Notes: generated from the sequence alone by a model not told the origin. 64,000 nt of DNA from Marsupella aquatica (GCA_973895155.1 OZ316894.1:5418944-5482943), one strand, 5' to 3'; counted from the first letter of the stretch, positions 49,430 through 62,200 are shown. Translations and numbers: made by a program.

Positions 49430-50919
49430 GCTGCATGCTCACCCGGGGTGCCAATGGGAAAGAAATTGACAAGAAAAAGGAGTGGCAGCCCCAAGGCTCG
49501 GAAATGAAACCCACAAAGGAAACAAACGGTGCAAGGCAGCAATGTGTCGAATGTGTAAACACACAGAAAAACCGTCACGGAGAAAAATTGTCGGCAAAGA
49601 ATAGACCCTTAAAAACTCCGGAAAGGTCTAATGTTGGCAGCAATAAAGAAATCCGGGAAAAGAAAATAGAAGTGGCCCCCCTTTAAGTGTATACATCGGG
49701 GCCCCCCTTAAGTCTATGCATCGGGGCCCTATGTGGACCCAAAAATTGGCAGCCGGCCGGCCGAGTGTGTATACACACTCGTAGCACACGGCCCTATGCA
49801 GTGGTAGTCGGAAGGGGATGGAAAGAGGTGAGGAATTACTATGGCCGGTGAGGGAAAGAAATGGGAGGGCACGATGCGCTATGTACATACAGGTTGCGGA
49901 GCACAAAAGGCATAAGGAGGAAAAAGCAAGACGAAGCAAGGCGAGGGCAAAAGGAAAGAAACAGCCAAAAAGAAGAGCATTGGGCCCCTCTTAATGACTT
50001 GGGTTGTGCAGCATAGGGCTTTGCGCCCCCCCTTCTCCTTATGAGCTCCCAAAGAGGGAGGCTACGAACTCCCCCTCAATCCCCTCCTTAAATGCTTCTG
50101 TGGGCCTCGTGCCCCGGTGAAAGTACTCCCCAGAGAAGGGAGTCAATGTACTCTCCCTCCCCTCTTTAATTCAGCACAGGGCCTCCTCTTAATGCACCAT
50201 AGGGGCTTGCGCTCCTGCCTTGGCTCCCCCTCCCCCTGCTTTAATTGTAGCATAGGGCCTCGTGCCCTACTTTCGCTTCCCCTCCCCTCCTCTAATGCCC
50301 TGTAAGTTGGGCCTCGTGCTTGGCAGGACTCCCGAGAGAGGGAGTCGAATGTACTCCCCCTCCCCTCCTTAATGTTGCTTAGGGCCTCGTGCCCACTCCT
50401 TCGCTGCTGCCTGCCTCAGCTCTGTCTCCCCCCTCGCGCTTGTGCTCGGCATGATGCCCTATGCGCAGCCTGCCTTATGCGATCGGGAGGGAGGCGAAGG
50501 GGAGTCCACAGCGGAAATGGCAAAAAAGAGAAAAATGGGGCGCGCGGTCGGAAGGAAGTGGTCGCGCGGCGGCCGGGAGGTGGTCGTGCATGGCTGGAAA
50601 CAAGAAACGCTGGAAAGGGGCAAAAACGCAAAAGAAAAAGGCAGTCGACAGCAAGTCGGTAGTCGATGCGTAGGCGGCAGTGACAATCAAAGGCAGAACA
50701 TAGCAGAAGGGGTCACGAAGGTAGCCGGGAACAAAAGCACGGGCTCAAATGGGGATGTTAGGTGTATACACATAACACCACATTAAACCCATAACTTTTA
50801 ACCCACCATTCCAATGCTGCTCAAAGAAATTGCACCAGCTTCAACGGAAATTGTATGTACCGACCTAAGCAGCTGAGACGAGAATGTCTCCTATCTTCTT
50901 CTCCTCACCACGAACTTGG

Positions 50920-50934
50920 CAGTTCTTCTTGAAT
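50920..50934 (-). other. Putative self-priming primer-binding site
   Basis: cagttcttcttgaat (50920-50934) is the exact reverse complement of attcaagaagaactg (51076-51090) inside B'. It abuts the inner end of B', and no TGG tRNA-type PBS directly follows B'. Confidence 0.7.
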
Positions 50935-51291
50935 AAAAGGCGTAAGAGAAACAATTGTACTGAAATCGAATCAAAAACCGGCAGGATGCCAAGATCGGTC
51001 AGGAGCATCTAACGAATCACTGTATGAATCCCGTGTACGGAACCGACGAGCACTATCTGAGCTCTGTCAACAGCGATTCAAGAAGAACTGAAAACCGACA
51101 AAGAGAAACACACCCTAAGTAGATCAAGTCAAGGCGTCACACTAACAAGCACGTTTTGCTTCAAGAACGGCCCAGACTTGCTACAAGAACATGACACTAA
51201 CTCAAGTAGTACACTAGCCCTAACTACATACCTAGCGGGCATGCGAGGGACATGCCGATGTGCACAAGCGGCACTGTCCCTCGGCATGACA
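50933..51291 (-). repeat. Terminal repeat segment B' (5'-terminal copy, 359 bp)
   Basis: Repeat of 41458-41816; starts TGTCATG on the minus strand. Confidence 0.93.
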
Positions 51292-52185
51292 AGAGTAGTA
51301 TAGTGTGAGGGGGGGAGGTGGCGCAAGGCGCAAGGGTGAGTCAAGAGGGGAAGTTGCTCAGGGAGTTGCCTTGCCTCGAGTGTTGGGGAGGGAGTGCGCT
51401 AGGCAGGATTGAGTCGAGATCGAGGAGGGAGTCAAGAGGAGAGTTGTGAGGGGAGTCGTGACAAGAGGGATTTGGGAGGAGCAAGGGGAACTGGGGTTGT
51501 CGTGCGGAGGGAGGCAGACATTGTCAGGGCCAGGTGGGAGGCGTATGTCAGAGGCAGTTGGGGCTCGGTTGCTGTAGCCTGCATCCAAGGGATGGCATGT
51601 TTTTTTGGTTGCTAATCCTTGGTTTTTTCTGCGTTTCAATTTCCTTCATCCAATATAGCCCGGCATTTTGAATGACGACCACGCCATAAATTGGCGCAAG
51701 AGTGTATTATAGTTTTTAATATATTGTTGCGCTAGTTAAGTTAGGGTAGAGCTTTGGTTGAGGGCAAATGTGAGGCGCAAGGGGAGGATTGACATGCCAA
51801 ATGTGGGATGCAGCATCAAGGATACCTCACCCCTCCTTGTCATCCATGCATGTGGAGGATGAATTAAAATTCCTTCAATTAAATTACTGTATTTTCCTTG
51901 CGTCATCTATCACATTGTGTTTAATTAACCTCCTTCAATTAAATCATTATCATTATCACATCTACTACTATAATACCCTATCCGGCCAAAAGTGGTGTAT
52001 TGTTCGTTTACAAACTCACTTTTGGAGAGAACATTCTCTGACCATTGGATTTATACTCTCTTTTATCCTGGCCTTTCATTATTCAAAAAGCAATCTCCGT
52101 AATCCAAAGGAGACAAGACAATTATTTTGATATACCACAAAGATTCTGTAGGAGCGAGATATGGCATACGGTCTATGTGAGTGCC

Positions 52186-52290
52186 ATGTGTTGTCATTGG
52201 GATGGGGGCACTTGGGTGTCATGTGTTGTCATTGGGATGGGGGCACTTGGGTGTCATGTGTTGTCATTGGGATAGGGGTACTTGGGACAC
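52186..52290 (+). repeat. 35-bp tandem repeat x3
   Basis: catgtgttgtcattgggatgggggcacttgggtgt repeated. Confidence 0.9.
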
Positions 52291-53219
52291 CATTATGAGG
52301 GGACAAGACTAGAAGCCATAGAGATCAAAGTAATTCACAATGAAAGACAACTTTGAGGCTCATAATGAGCCTCCCGTACCTTTTCGCCGCCCACTGCCCA
52401 CACCTGCTGCCCTATCTTCTTCACTCTCACATTTTTTCTAAGTGTAAGTAGAAGGTGAATGATCCCCACTTTTGGGTGGGGTGATTGACAAAAGCACAGT
52501 CACATTGTCACTAGCAGGACTCGAACTGGGAACCTACCCCATCCAAGTGAGCTCCCTCTACCATTGAGCCTAGGGGCAGCTGGTGTCCAAAATGACTCGC
52601 TCCAGGTATTTACCCTTATTCCAACGTGCGTAATACTGGGCAGCGGGCAGCAAGGTACGGGGCTAATCAATGATAATCTCATTAATTAGCCTCGATCTTG
52701 AGGTTCGTCTCTAATTCAAAGTAGGGAGGGGAAATTAATGATGCACCCATGGGTGAGGGGCTGAATATATAATGTGTTACCTTCCATACGTACATAGGTG
52801 GAGGGGATGACACAAAGTGAAGCAAGTGAAGATGAAAATAAAGAAAACAAGTAAGCAATAAGAGGGAAGAAGGGGAGAAAAAAGACACCCTTGCTTTTTA
52901 TTGGGTTGTGGAAGAGGAGGAGGGGGCTGGGGGGGCGGGGCGCGGGTGGGCAGCGGCAGCCCAAGAGAAAGGGGGTGAGGAGACCATGAGGAGGAGTGGG
53001 GATGTCACCTTTGACCTAGCATTGTGCAAATGCATGTGCCTCAGTCACCATAATCTATTTAGCTCTCTATTACTTTTTGCAACAACATCTTTCATCTTTT
53101 ATGCAATGACATCGTTTACACAACATCTTAAGTGCAACACACGGGTATTGAACACGACCACAACATCTGTATGGTTGGGAAATGTCTCAACAATTGCATC
53201 GCAAAGCTTATAATTATGT

Positions 53220-53960
53220 TTTTTCCTCACCTTGACATCTTTTCTTGCATTTTCATATTTATCTCTCCTTAACGTCTTTACCTTGCATTGACATCTTTTT
53301 TCACATTGACATCTTCATCTCACAACAATATCTTCTTCCACCCTTGACAACTTTTCCCTTTTCATCATCTTTTTCTCTCCTCAAGATCTTTTCTCACCTT
53401 GACATCTTCTGTTTTTCTCATCTGGCCATCTTTTTCTCACTTGAAATCTTTATCTCACCAAGACATATTTTCCTCATCTTTGCATCTTTCTCACCCGGGT
53501 TCTCACCTTGCCATCTTTTCTCTCCTCAATATCTTTTTCTCACTTGGCTCGACTTCTTTTCCTCACCTCGCCATCTTTTCTCACCTTGGAATATTTATCT
53601 CACAAATACATTTTTTCCTCACCCTTGACATCTATTCTCTCCTTGACATATTTTCCTCATCTTTGCATCTTTTCTCACCCGGGTTCTCACCTTGCAATAT
53701 TTTCTCTCCTCAATATCTTTTTCTCACCTTGACTTTGCTTCCTCACCTTGCCATCTTTTCTCACCTTGGAATCTTGATCTCACAAAGACATTTTTTCCTC
53801 GCCCTCAACCTCTATTCTCTCCTTGACATATTTTCCTTATCTTTGCATCTTTTCTCACCCGGGTTCTCACCTTGCCATCTTATCTCTCCTTGATAATTAT
53901 CTTTTTCTCCCGTAGCTTGACTTCTTTTCCTCACCTTGCCATCTTTTCTCGCCTTGGAGT
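53220..53960 (+). repeat. Pyrimidine-rich tandem array (catcttttctcaccttg units) with ~180-bp higher-order period
   Basis: catattttcctcatctttgcatcttt(t)ctcacccgggttctcaccttgc recurs at ~53464, ~53647 and ~53827. Confidence 0.85.
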
Positions 53961-55039
53961 CTTTTGTGCAATGCTCGGTGCAATGCACAAGCATCGGGCT
54001 ACAACACTACAGCAGTATGAGTTGCCTTGACATTTAGTTTATGATTCATGAGTGATGGTGAGGTTCTTCCCATCTAGCTCTGTAATATCCTATCCCGCCA
54101 TTATTGGGTTTCTTCTGCTCACAAAAATTAAAAAAGGCAGGATCCAATTCTGATCATCCATCTAAAAGATTACTTTTAATCACCCTTAGGTGCAAGCAAC
54201 ACTGTCACATTGCCTCACCCATCGGACACTAATTGGTATGGTAGAGGCTCGCGTACACTTGCTCAAAGTACATGCACAAAGAGAAAAGACTCAGGTACAC
54301 CTTCAAGAAGGACAAATGTGCTTGAACGTACAATGATTATAGGTTGTACTAGAATGTACAACTGATAATTGTGTTCACATATTAAAACTATGACACTATG
54401 GAGACATAAGAGATGATGGGAGATTGGAGAGAAAATGGTTGGGTTTGAAAAAAAGGGGGAGGGAGAAAAAAAAGGAAAACAAAATAATTTAAGGGAAAAT
54501 TTTCAAACAGAGACATGTTGAAAAGGTGGGGAAAAGAGAAGAATGGTAGAAAGAAGTTGTCAACGGTTTGTGGTTGATCAAATAGATTTAAGTTGTTGTG
54601 TGGATCCGTTGTAGCTCGGATTGTGTGTGTCATGGAACAGGTCGTTAGTATTTTGACTATGTGAAGCTTGAGTGGATTAGTCCTGAGCTTTAATGTTCTG
54701 ACTGAGTTTCCAAATTTGGTTATCATGCAAAAAGAATTATGATACATATGCATGGGAACTATCCTCCTTGAAGTTCGAGAATGTGCTGAATATGCAGATT
54801 GTCATGATTGTATGCTATGAGCTAATATGGATGGATAAAATAGACCAAACACATGTCAAGATGGGATTGGATTTGACAAAACAAAAAAATGGGCTCATGT
54901 AGAAAAAGTGATAATGTGTGAGGAAAGTTGATGCTTGGTTAGACCACCACGTTTGACCCAAAGAGCTTCAGGGTCCTCATTTATTTTCTTCCGACCCATC
55001 ACCCACAAATAAGTACAGGTTTGGGGGGAATTTAATAAA

Positions 55040-55260
55040 AGATTGATAAATTTTTGTGGAAGAACAATACAGGTATTTTAATCCAGTTATGAGAATTACA
55101 GGGGTTTAAAACAAAATCTAAAGATATTCCTAGAATATTTTATAAAGTTAGGGGTAAAAATGGAAAATTAGCTTCATTTTTTTCTTTTATTTAGGGTGTC
55201 AATTACCCAAAAAATTTGGGCATGATATGAGACCCCCTTTGGAGTGAGGCCCTTGAGCCA
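55040..55260 (+). repeat. Dispersed repeat copy related to ~7330-7575
   Basis: ttttaatccagttatgagaa..cctagaatattt..taaagttaggggtaaaaat..ttagggtgtc..gagacccc.ttggagtgaggccc. Confidence 0.6.
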
Positions 55261-58200
55261 CAGACCAAGCACTACTTGACACAAAAATATGGGGATTGAT
55301 GTATCCAAAGGAAAAATGTTATCTGGGTTAAGCATAACATCATTCTCGAGGTGGTCTCACATGTTTGTTGTTCTCCCTGGCTTTCATTGTTTTTCCATAA
55401 TTCTTCTTACTAGCCTCGACTAGCCATTCTTTGACCGTAAATGGAGGTGAGGACAATAAAGTGTACTAGACAAATGTGTATTTTCTAGTGTTAGTAAAAA
55501 AGAATAATGTATCAAAAGAGAAAAGGAAACCCCACTTGACAGATTTCTCCAACCAAGAACTAAGAAGGTCCAGCATACAAAGTTTCATGGCTAAAAATTA
55601 GTCGACCAAGGGTCAGGAAACCTAAAGTAACAGCTGGAAATTAAATCAATTTGGAGTGCAACTTATAGTACACTTACATCATGCCTCTATTTCCAGTTCC
55701 TTTGGGCCGTACTCTTGTTATGTTCCATTTCTTCTTTTGATAAATTGTAGGAACATAAATTAACATTTTTCTTGTATTATAAATTCTGTTGCTGCACACA
55801 TGAGGCACGGTCTCGCTGCATCATAAAACATCCAAAAACTCACCCCACCCAATCCTCTTTTTCACTCCCACCCCAAATTTTGATTCATGCCCCCTTACAT
55901 TGATGAAAACCAAAAAAAAACATTTCCAAACAAATAATTCTACCCTGTTTCCCTTGGGGTTTCCCTTTCATCTTTGCCCCATCTTTTTAATTTGTCCACC
56001 ATACTTTCAGTTTTGTCTTTACTAAGAGTCATTTTGAGCTTTGAAATGATAATAGAACTCATGGCACATGTCATCATTTTCACATATATCCTTTTTTCCA
56101 TGCACATGAATATTGGTGGCGCCTTTTCATTCTGTCCATGCACATAAGTTTATGTATGCACATACATTTTGGTGGGGCCCTAGAGTCACGGTCTAGAGGC
56201 CTCACTCTAGAAGCCTAGACCCCAACTCTAGCTTCCCTTTGAGCTTTATAAGTAACATCTGCATTTCCTAGAAAATAGCATCAAAGGTTACAAACGCAAG
56301 TGAGACTCAAACTACGGGGCAAAAGCAATGAAAATATACTCCTCAGAAGTTGTAAAAAATACCAGAATTAATGGAGCACATCTACACGTTTGCTAAGATT
56401 TCATCTAGCTTGAAATTTTCAACAGTAGACTCCCTGTCAACTTTTTTGCATTTTACACCCTTCCTGATTTTACACTTCTATTCTCATATTTTGAAAAGTT
56501 AAAAGATTATTACAAATCATAAATAATATATCACCAACTAATTTGTTGTTAAGAGACTTTTTTTGTGTGCACTAGGGCCTGGAAAAATCCAGGGCAAAAT
56601 CCAAGGAACCCACAAAATAATGTCAAAACAATTGGGGTTCCAAGGCGATAGTGAATCAATTAATTTGTAGGGAAATTTTGACATATTGATCATTGAACTT
56701 GTTTTACATATATAGTCAAAAGATAAGGTTTTGAATGAAAGAGAAAATACCATTGCAATTGTTTTCATGCTTCCTTGCGAAATCAATTTTTTTCTATTAC
56801 AAGGGTAGGCCAGGAAGAGCTAGGGTTGATGACCAATCAGGTGTAACTGATAGAGGCTCTCACTAGGGATTAGATAAAAATGTAAGCATCATGTGCAATC
56901 CATAATAGGCATTTTAAGGTAAATTAATTTGATATAAGTATTTATAATATAAAAATAGAGAATAATTTTTATTGTATATTTGTTATAAATGAGATTATTT
57001 AAAGTTTCAAAATATGCATATATATTTGTAGATTTTCTTAAAGAAATGTACTTCAATCTCTTGAAGATTGTATATGATGTCCGGGATGATGTCTCACAAA
57101 CCATACATTCAACAGTAAGAGCTCACATTTAGGTCCAATTAGTTTGCCATTTATATTGATTTCTAATTGCAAATCAATTGAGGACTTTTCAAATCCTTTT
57201 TGGCCACTCAAGTAATGGGGATTGATTAAGAGTAGAATATCAAATCACTTCTTGGCCAGTGTGTTCTCAATTATAATTGTCTCACACTTGGTCAAATAAA
57301 GGTTCAAGCTCATCATAATAGAGTCCACGCAAGTAAATTCCCAAATCTCTCATGTTTGACATATCTCAGAGATGGACTCTGTCAAGGGGTAAAAGGATGG
57401 GTATTGCAAAGATAGATCATACATTTAAGGGCTGAAGCTCATAATCTAGAAATTTTGCACAAAATAAAGGTGATCTTTGATTTGCAATCATGCACACTAT
57501 GTGTAAATACTCATCACCATTGATTTGCGCAATGCACACCAGGATTTGCTCTCTTCTTTGCCCAATTCTGCGTTGGCCTCTTCTCTGCACATGATCTCCA
57601 ATTTCAATTCCAGACATGATATATCTCATCAACGAATGCCCTGGCTGGGGGTATTGTTCACAGCCTTGTTGAGTAGAAGTCCCGTCAAAACTCAATATCC
57701 TACTGTAATTATTGCATATCCTGGTCCAATCCTTATCCATCATTGGAGCACTAAGAGGATATGACTGCATATTCAGGTCTAAAGTATCTGCAATAGTAAG
57801 CAATGATATGCACCACGTACGGAAAACTGGGAAACATATGAGCACCCATGGTGGAACGTGTGAAAGCATATGACTGATAGCTACTGTAGCACTAAGTTCA
57901 AGTTACATGACAAATATTTGCGAGGGTTGTGTTATTTCTCTTCAACATGTACCACTTTACAATTGGTCAATTAGTCCATTGGCATCTTTTTTGCTACATT
58001 TTAAGTAGCAGGCTGTTGTGCCCCTGTATGCATGACCTCACAACTTACACGTGATGGTTCAAGCTGTGCAATGAGAACATCAAAGAGGAACCAACATGCT
58101 AGCATGTACTAATCGTTGCTTCAATGAAAATCTTCTTGTCAAAAACGGTATTACAATCAAATTCTTCAACATCCAAGCGTTGCTCGTTTTGCTCGTGTTT

Positions 58201-58548
58201 AATATTGTGGTTTGAAAATTGGTGGTGATAGAATAAACGGTGGGAATAAGAGGCTATTGCCCATATGAATTATTCTGTCTAGAAATAAGTGATGAGTTCT
58301 TTTGAAATTTGCAATTCTCCATTCATGAGAGAGAAGCGTGGGTCTGCCGGATCCTATCAAAGATTTTGGAAGATTGGTCTATAGAGGATCTTCCTCCTTC
58401 ATAACCAGCCTTTGAATCATTAATCTCACTTGCTGCTCCTGTTGTGCGCAGAAACAGAATAAAGTGACAAGAATTTCATCTCATGAGAGAGTGAATTTTA
58501 TCACACAGTGCACACGTGCTGCCTTGCTGGGTGGATTGATTCCTGTGC

Positions 58549-59220
58549 ATGATGGGTAGCTATTTTTCTAACACCGTGATTTCAGAATTGACCTTGGACG
58601 CTGTGACCCATGTGCTCTCATGGTTGTATTTTGTCATAGGGGTGGTGGATAAGTGCTTTGATTCCATGCCCCGGGGGCCTGGAGGCAGCAGCAACCACGG
58701 AGGCTTTGCTGAGGTTGAGTTCATTGTCAATGACACCAATTTTGTTAGCACCAATAACTATCAATCCCTTGGAGACAAAATTCAAAAATCATTGAAGCTA
58801 GTGGAATTGGGTTCTATTAACAATTGTGGAGTCAATAGTAGACACCTTGGGAATGGAAAGGGAAATCAAACCATGGGTCTTGGTGGTGGTGATGATCATG
58901 TGTGTGCAATTTGTCTTGGGGATATCATGGAAGAGGAGAAAGTCTACAATTTGCCCCAGTGCAATCACATCTTCCATTCAAATTGTCTTGATAGATGGGT
59001 GAGTCATAAGCACTACACATGCCCTCTCTGTCGGAATTTTCTCATCACAGGCTCCGACAGCATGGCAGGAGGAGCAATCATGATGCAAGATGAGGACAGA
59101 TTGGTGGATGAGGACCACAGCTTATCTCTGGGCATTTGGTTTATTCCTCGGTGCGCATTGAACGTCAATTTTGATTGCCAGGGCTGGACGCATACTTTGA
59201 TGCGGCTTGCAGGATTCTAG
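58549..59220 (+). CDS. RING-H2 (C3H2C3) E3 ubiquitin ligase, RHA/XERICO/ATL-like, single exon
   Basis: CAICLGDI..LPQCNHIFHSNCLDRW..TCPLCR, with a hydrophobic N-terminal segment. Confidence 0.9.
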   Translation: MMGSYFSNTVISELTLDAVTHVLSWLYFVIGVVDKCFDSMPRGPGGSSNHGGFAEVEFIVNDTNFVSTNNYQSLGDKIQKSLKLVELGSINNCGVNSRHLGNGKGNQTMGLGGGDDHVCAICLGDIMEEEKVYNLPQCNHIFHSNCLDRWVSHKHYTCPLCRNFLITGSDSMAGGAIMMQDEDRLVDEDHSLSLGIWFIPRCALNVNFDCQGWTHTLMRLAGF

Positions 59221-62200
59221 AGAGCTTTGTCGGGAGCTTTGCACACCTGGCTGCCATCGGAAGGAAGCACAAGGGGCACTAGGTGGCACTACTATGGTGA
59301 ATTTGACGTTTCACACTGACATTGGAAGGGTTTCAATAAAGCTTCTCCTATTGCTAACGATGGGATTCATGCCACAATGATAAATTGGAAAGCTTTAGAT
59401 GGGACAACCTTTGATCTTCACCTATGGCACAGTACAGCAGGCTCTAAAGGAATCATGCAGGTTTCGTAGACAAAAGTTTAATTGATCGATGAGTAATCCT
59501 GCAAATTCACGACTTGATACGATTTGATTGTCAGTTGCAAAGGGCTGGGTAGCAATTAGAAATTCTCTTGAAGAATACTAGAGGAACCATGTGCAATTCA
59601 AAGTAGGTATTCTTGATGGAAACTGATTAGTTTATGGACCCCCTAACTTAGGTCCATTTTGAGTCACAATTGTTGCTCATCAAAGGACATTTCACACTTA
59701 GTAGCAGATCCTTCACTGTATGTACAAGAGGCATTTTTTTTATCCCTTGTACTTTGCAACTTTTTTTGTTTATCTCTTAGCTTTAGTTGAAGTGTCTTAA
59801 ATAAAATGAGTATTTGCAAATTAATGATTAAATTTAATTCACCCTTACATGGATTTTTTCCACCTTAAGGAAGATGCTACAAAGTCAAGTAACTCTCATT
59901 GAGATTTGAATATATGACCTCATGTGTGCCATTTTGACTACCAGAAATCTATAAAATCTATTTGGCATGCATGCTTAGTTAGGAGAAATAGAGTATAATA
60001 TTTGATATCAAATCTAGACCAGCTTTATTAAAAGGGCTCCCAATCAGAGAAGAATTCATTAATTTACTTAGAATAATATTTTCTCTAAGTACTTGTTGTT
60101 TAAGAGAGTATATAATTAGTATGTTTATAATGGGTTAAAAGTAGTGAACTTTGGAGGTGAGAAAGATTGTGCAATTTTGGAGCAATATGAAGCACTCTAA
60201 AATGGTCAGTTGCAATAGTTCTCTATTAAATAAGTTTTGCTACCACTTTTGCTGATTGTAAAAATGAATTTTCAAGGCAAAATATATATTTCCTTGATCC
60301 ATTGGCTCCAAGCTCTCAAGAGTCACAATAGTAATGAGGTACCTTTTGTAAGCTACTTAGTTGACCCAGTAGGTGTGTAGTGCTCTCAACCACATCGAAA
60401 GGAAGGCTGGATGCTAAGGATTACCAACTTAATTACATATTATCGTGAAGTATTTGAATTGCAGCAATCACATCTCCTTGCATTGTTTGCATATGTTGAA
60501 ACTACAAACTGCATTTTGAGGGTGGTATGAAGTAGTGTTGAGTGAGCACAGGGGTTTTCTTAGACGTGCATGGTAAAGATATGATCATGGGTGCCTAGGA
60601 GTGTGAGTGTGATTGAGAAGAGGCTGGAAAAAGAGGAAGGGCTTGTATATGGGAAGCAATCCAGCTCAAGGTAAGGTGTATTTGCCTGGTCAATCGGGTT
60701 ACTGTATATTAATTATACAGCCTTACTATATGCTGTTTCAATATCAAGGCATTTTTTCCTTACTTGCCCAACACCTGAGTGGAACAACATGCCTTTACAT
60801 GTTACCTACCCAACATGCTTTGAATTGACCCACATTTTGGAGGGACACAATGACCACTGGCAACCTTACTAAAGATACAGTGATTGATCACCCAAGTGAT
60901 CAGATGTGGTGTCACAAACTTAGTATACAATCTCGCCATACGGCCTTAAGAGGGAACAACCCAAAACAAAATTGACAATTTGTGCAAAAAAAAAAGGTAC
61001 AAGCGGGCCCTAGATGAACAATAGTTCTTTCCTTCCATCTGCTGTCCGCAAGGACAAGTGCTGGGTGATCCCGGGAAAAAAATGGTGCCTGGCATGGTCA
61101 TTCTATTTTATTGCCAGGACCAATACGCATAAATATAGCATTGAATCCCAATGATAATGCATAAATTTTGGATGTGGGGTTCACAAGGGGGCTCAAAACT
61201 TAGATTTGACTACACGACATATGTGACAAGCCATAATGTTTGGATGTGAGGGTTACTCTATAGCACATGACATGGCAAACATAAACATCAATCAATAGAC
61301 CAGGGTCCCTTTTCCAGGCAAACAATGGTTTGATTGTAAGTTTGTTCATTATGTGTGGTTGTCTACCTGCAAGGAAAAACATGGGGTGAACAAGGGAAAC
61401 AAAGGTGCCATAGTTAAACTAGTACACACACCTCACAGTCTTTAAAGGGCCATAACTGCTGGTTTTAGGGCCTAGTACACCCTGCAAAGCTGTTGGTTTT
61501 AGGGCTTCACACAAACTGTCTGGAGCAAATGCTGTGTACTCCAGTGAGAGCTTTAATAACCAAGTTTCTTTGGGAGAGTGGGGGACTCTAGGGCTTTTTG
61601 GATTTTTGTATTGGTCTGCCTGGTTTTCTCCCTTGTTTTCCCCCTAGCTATATTGGGTCTCCTATGTCTTGGATGTTGTCTCCCATTTTGGCATTTTTGC
61701 CAAGGCTTTTGTTCTTTGGAGTGTGATGGATACACTGCAATTGAGCTGTTTGTCCCCCCATCTGTTCGTTGGCAGTAATATATCACAGATTGATGTATGA
61801 TCACCCCCTATAAGCCAGAAACACTCCTCAGAGCCCTTGTATTTTTCATTTTTGCCAGGAGAAGATGCTAAGAATAGTCCTGATCTAATGTCCTTAGATT
61901 AATATCTGACTGTTAGATCTTCCTAGATTGAAGGATATCCCTCAGATTAAAGCCTGTGGGGTTTGTGACTGGCGGGAAAGTGGCTACTGGGCTAATCCAA
62001 GATAAAAATCCTGGCTAATTTTGGCCATCGATCAGTGGACAATACTGTTTAGTCAGAGGTGAAAATTTGCCAATTTTTGCAGTTGTCACACCATTTAGAG
62101 TGGTAGTAAAGTATATCGTACTATCTAGGTATAGAGGTTTTGTATGTGTGCTATATGAGCACTGTGTTTAGTTTGAGTTGGTGTGAGGGATAGTTATCCC

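Larger units (their letters stand above)
41282..51291 (-). mobile_element. Ty3/gypsy-type retrotransposon encoding a C5 cytosine methyltransferase and PHD finger, with split/permuted direct repeats (10,010 bp)
   Basis: Termini tgtcgtg...catgaca with 4-bp TSD AGAG (41278-41281 / 51292-51295). Repeats A 41282-41457 / A' 41819-41988 and B 41458-41816 / B' 50933-51291. Gypsy domain order PR-RT-RH-IN on the minus strand. Confidence 0.92.
39569..51711. mobile_element. Candidate older solo-LTR-like insertion (~2.1 kb: 39569-41281 plus 51296-51711) that hosts the DNMT-gypsy element
   Basis: Begins tgtaat and ends attata (possibly decayed attaca). Flanks gttc / gttt may be a 4-bp TSD. GC-richer non-coding block interrupting an AT-rich array. 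Confidence 0.35.

Noticed and set aside
41282-51291. Classification as a DIRS/PAT/Ngaro tyrosine-recombinase element because of the split direct repeats
   Set aside because: No recognisable tyrosine recombinase. It has a gypsy RT, aspartic protease, DDE integrase, TG..CA ends and a 4-bp TSD. The MTase is C5-type, not the Dam-like adenine MTase of DIRS.
53245-53893. Phe/Ser/His/Leu-rich ORFs
   Set aside because: Translations of the pyrimidine-rich tandem array.
57300-57900. Possible highly decayed CACTA transposase fragment (DLQSCTLC-like stretch)
   Set aside because: Similarity is too weak and fragmented to support without a translated search.
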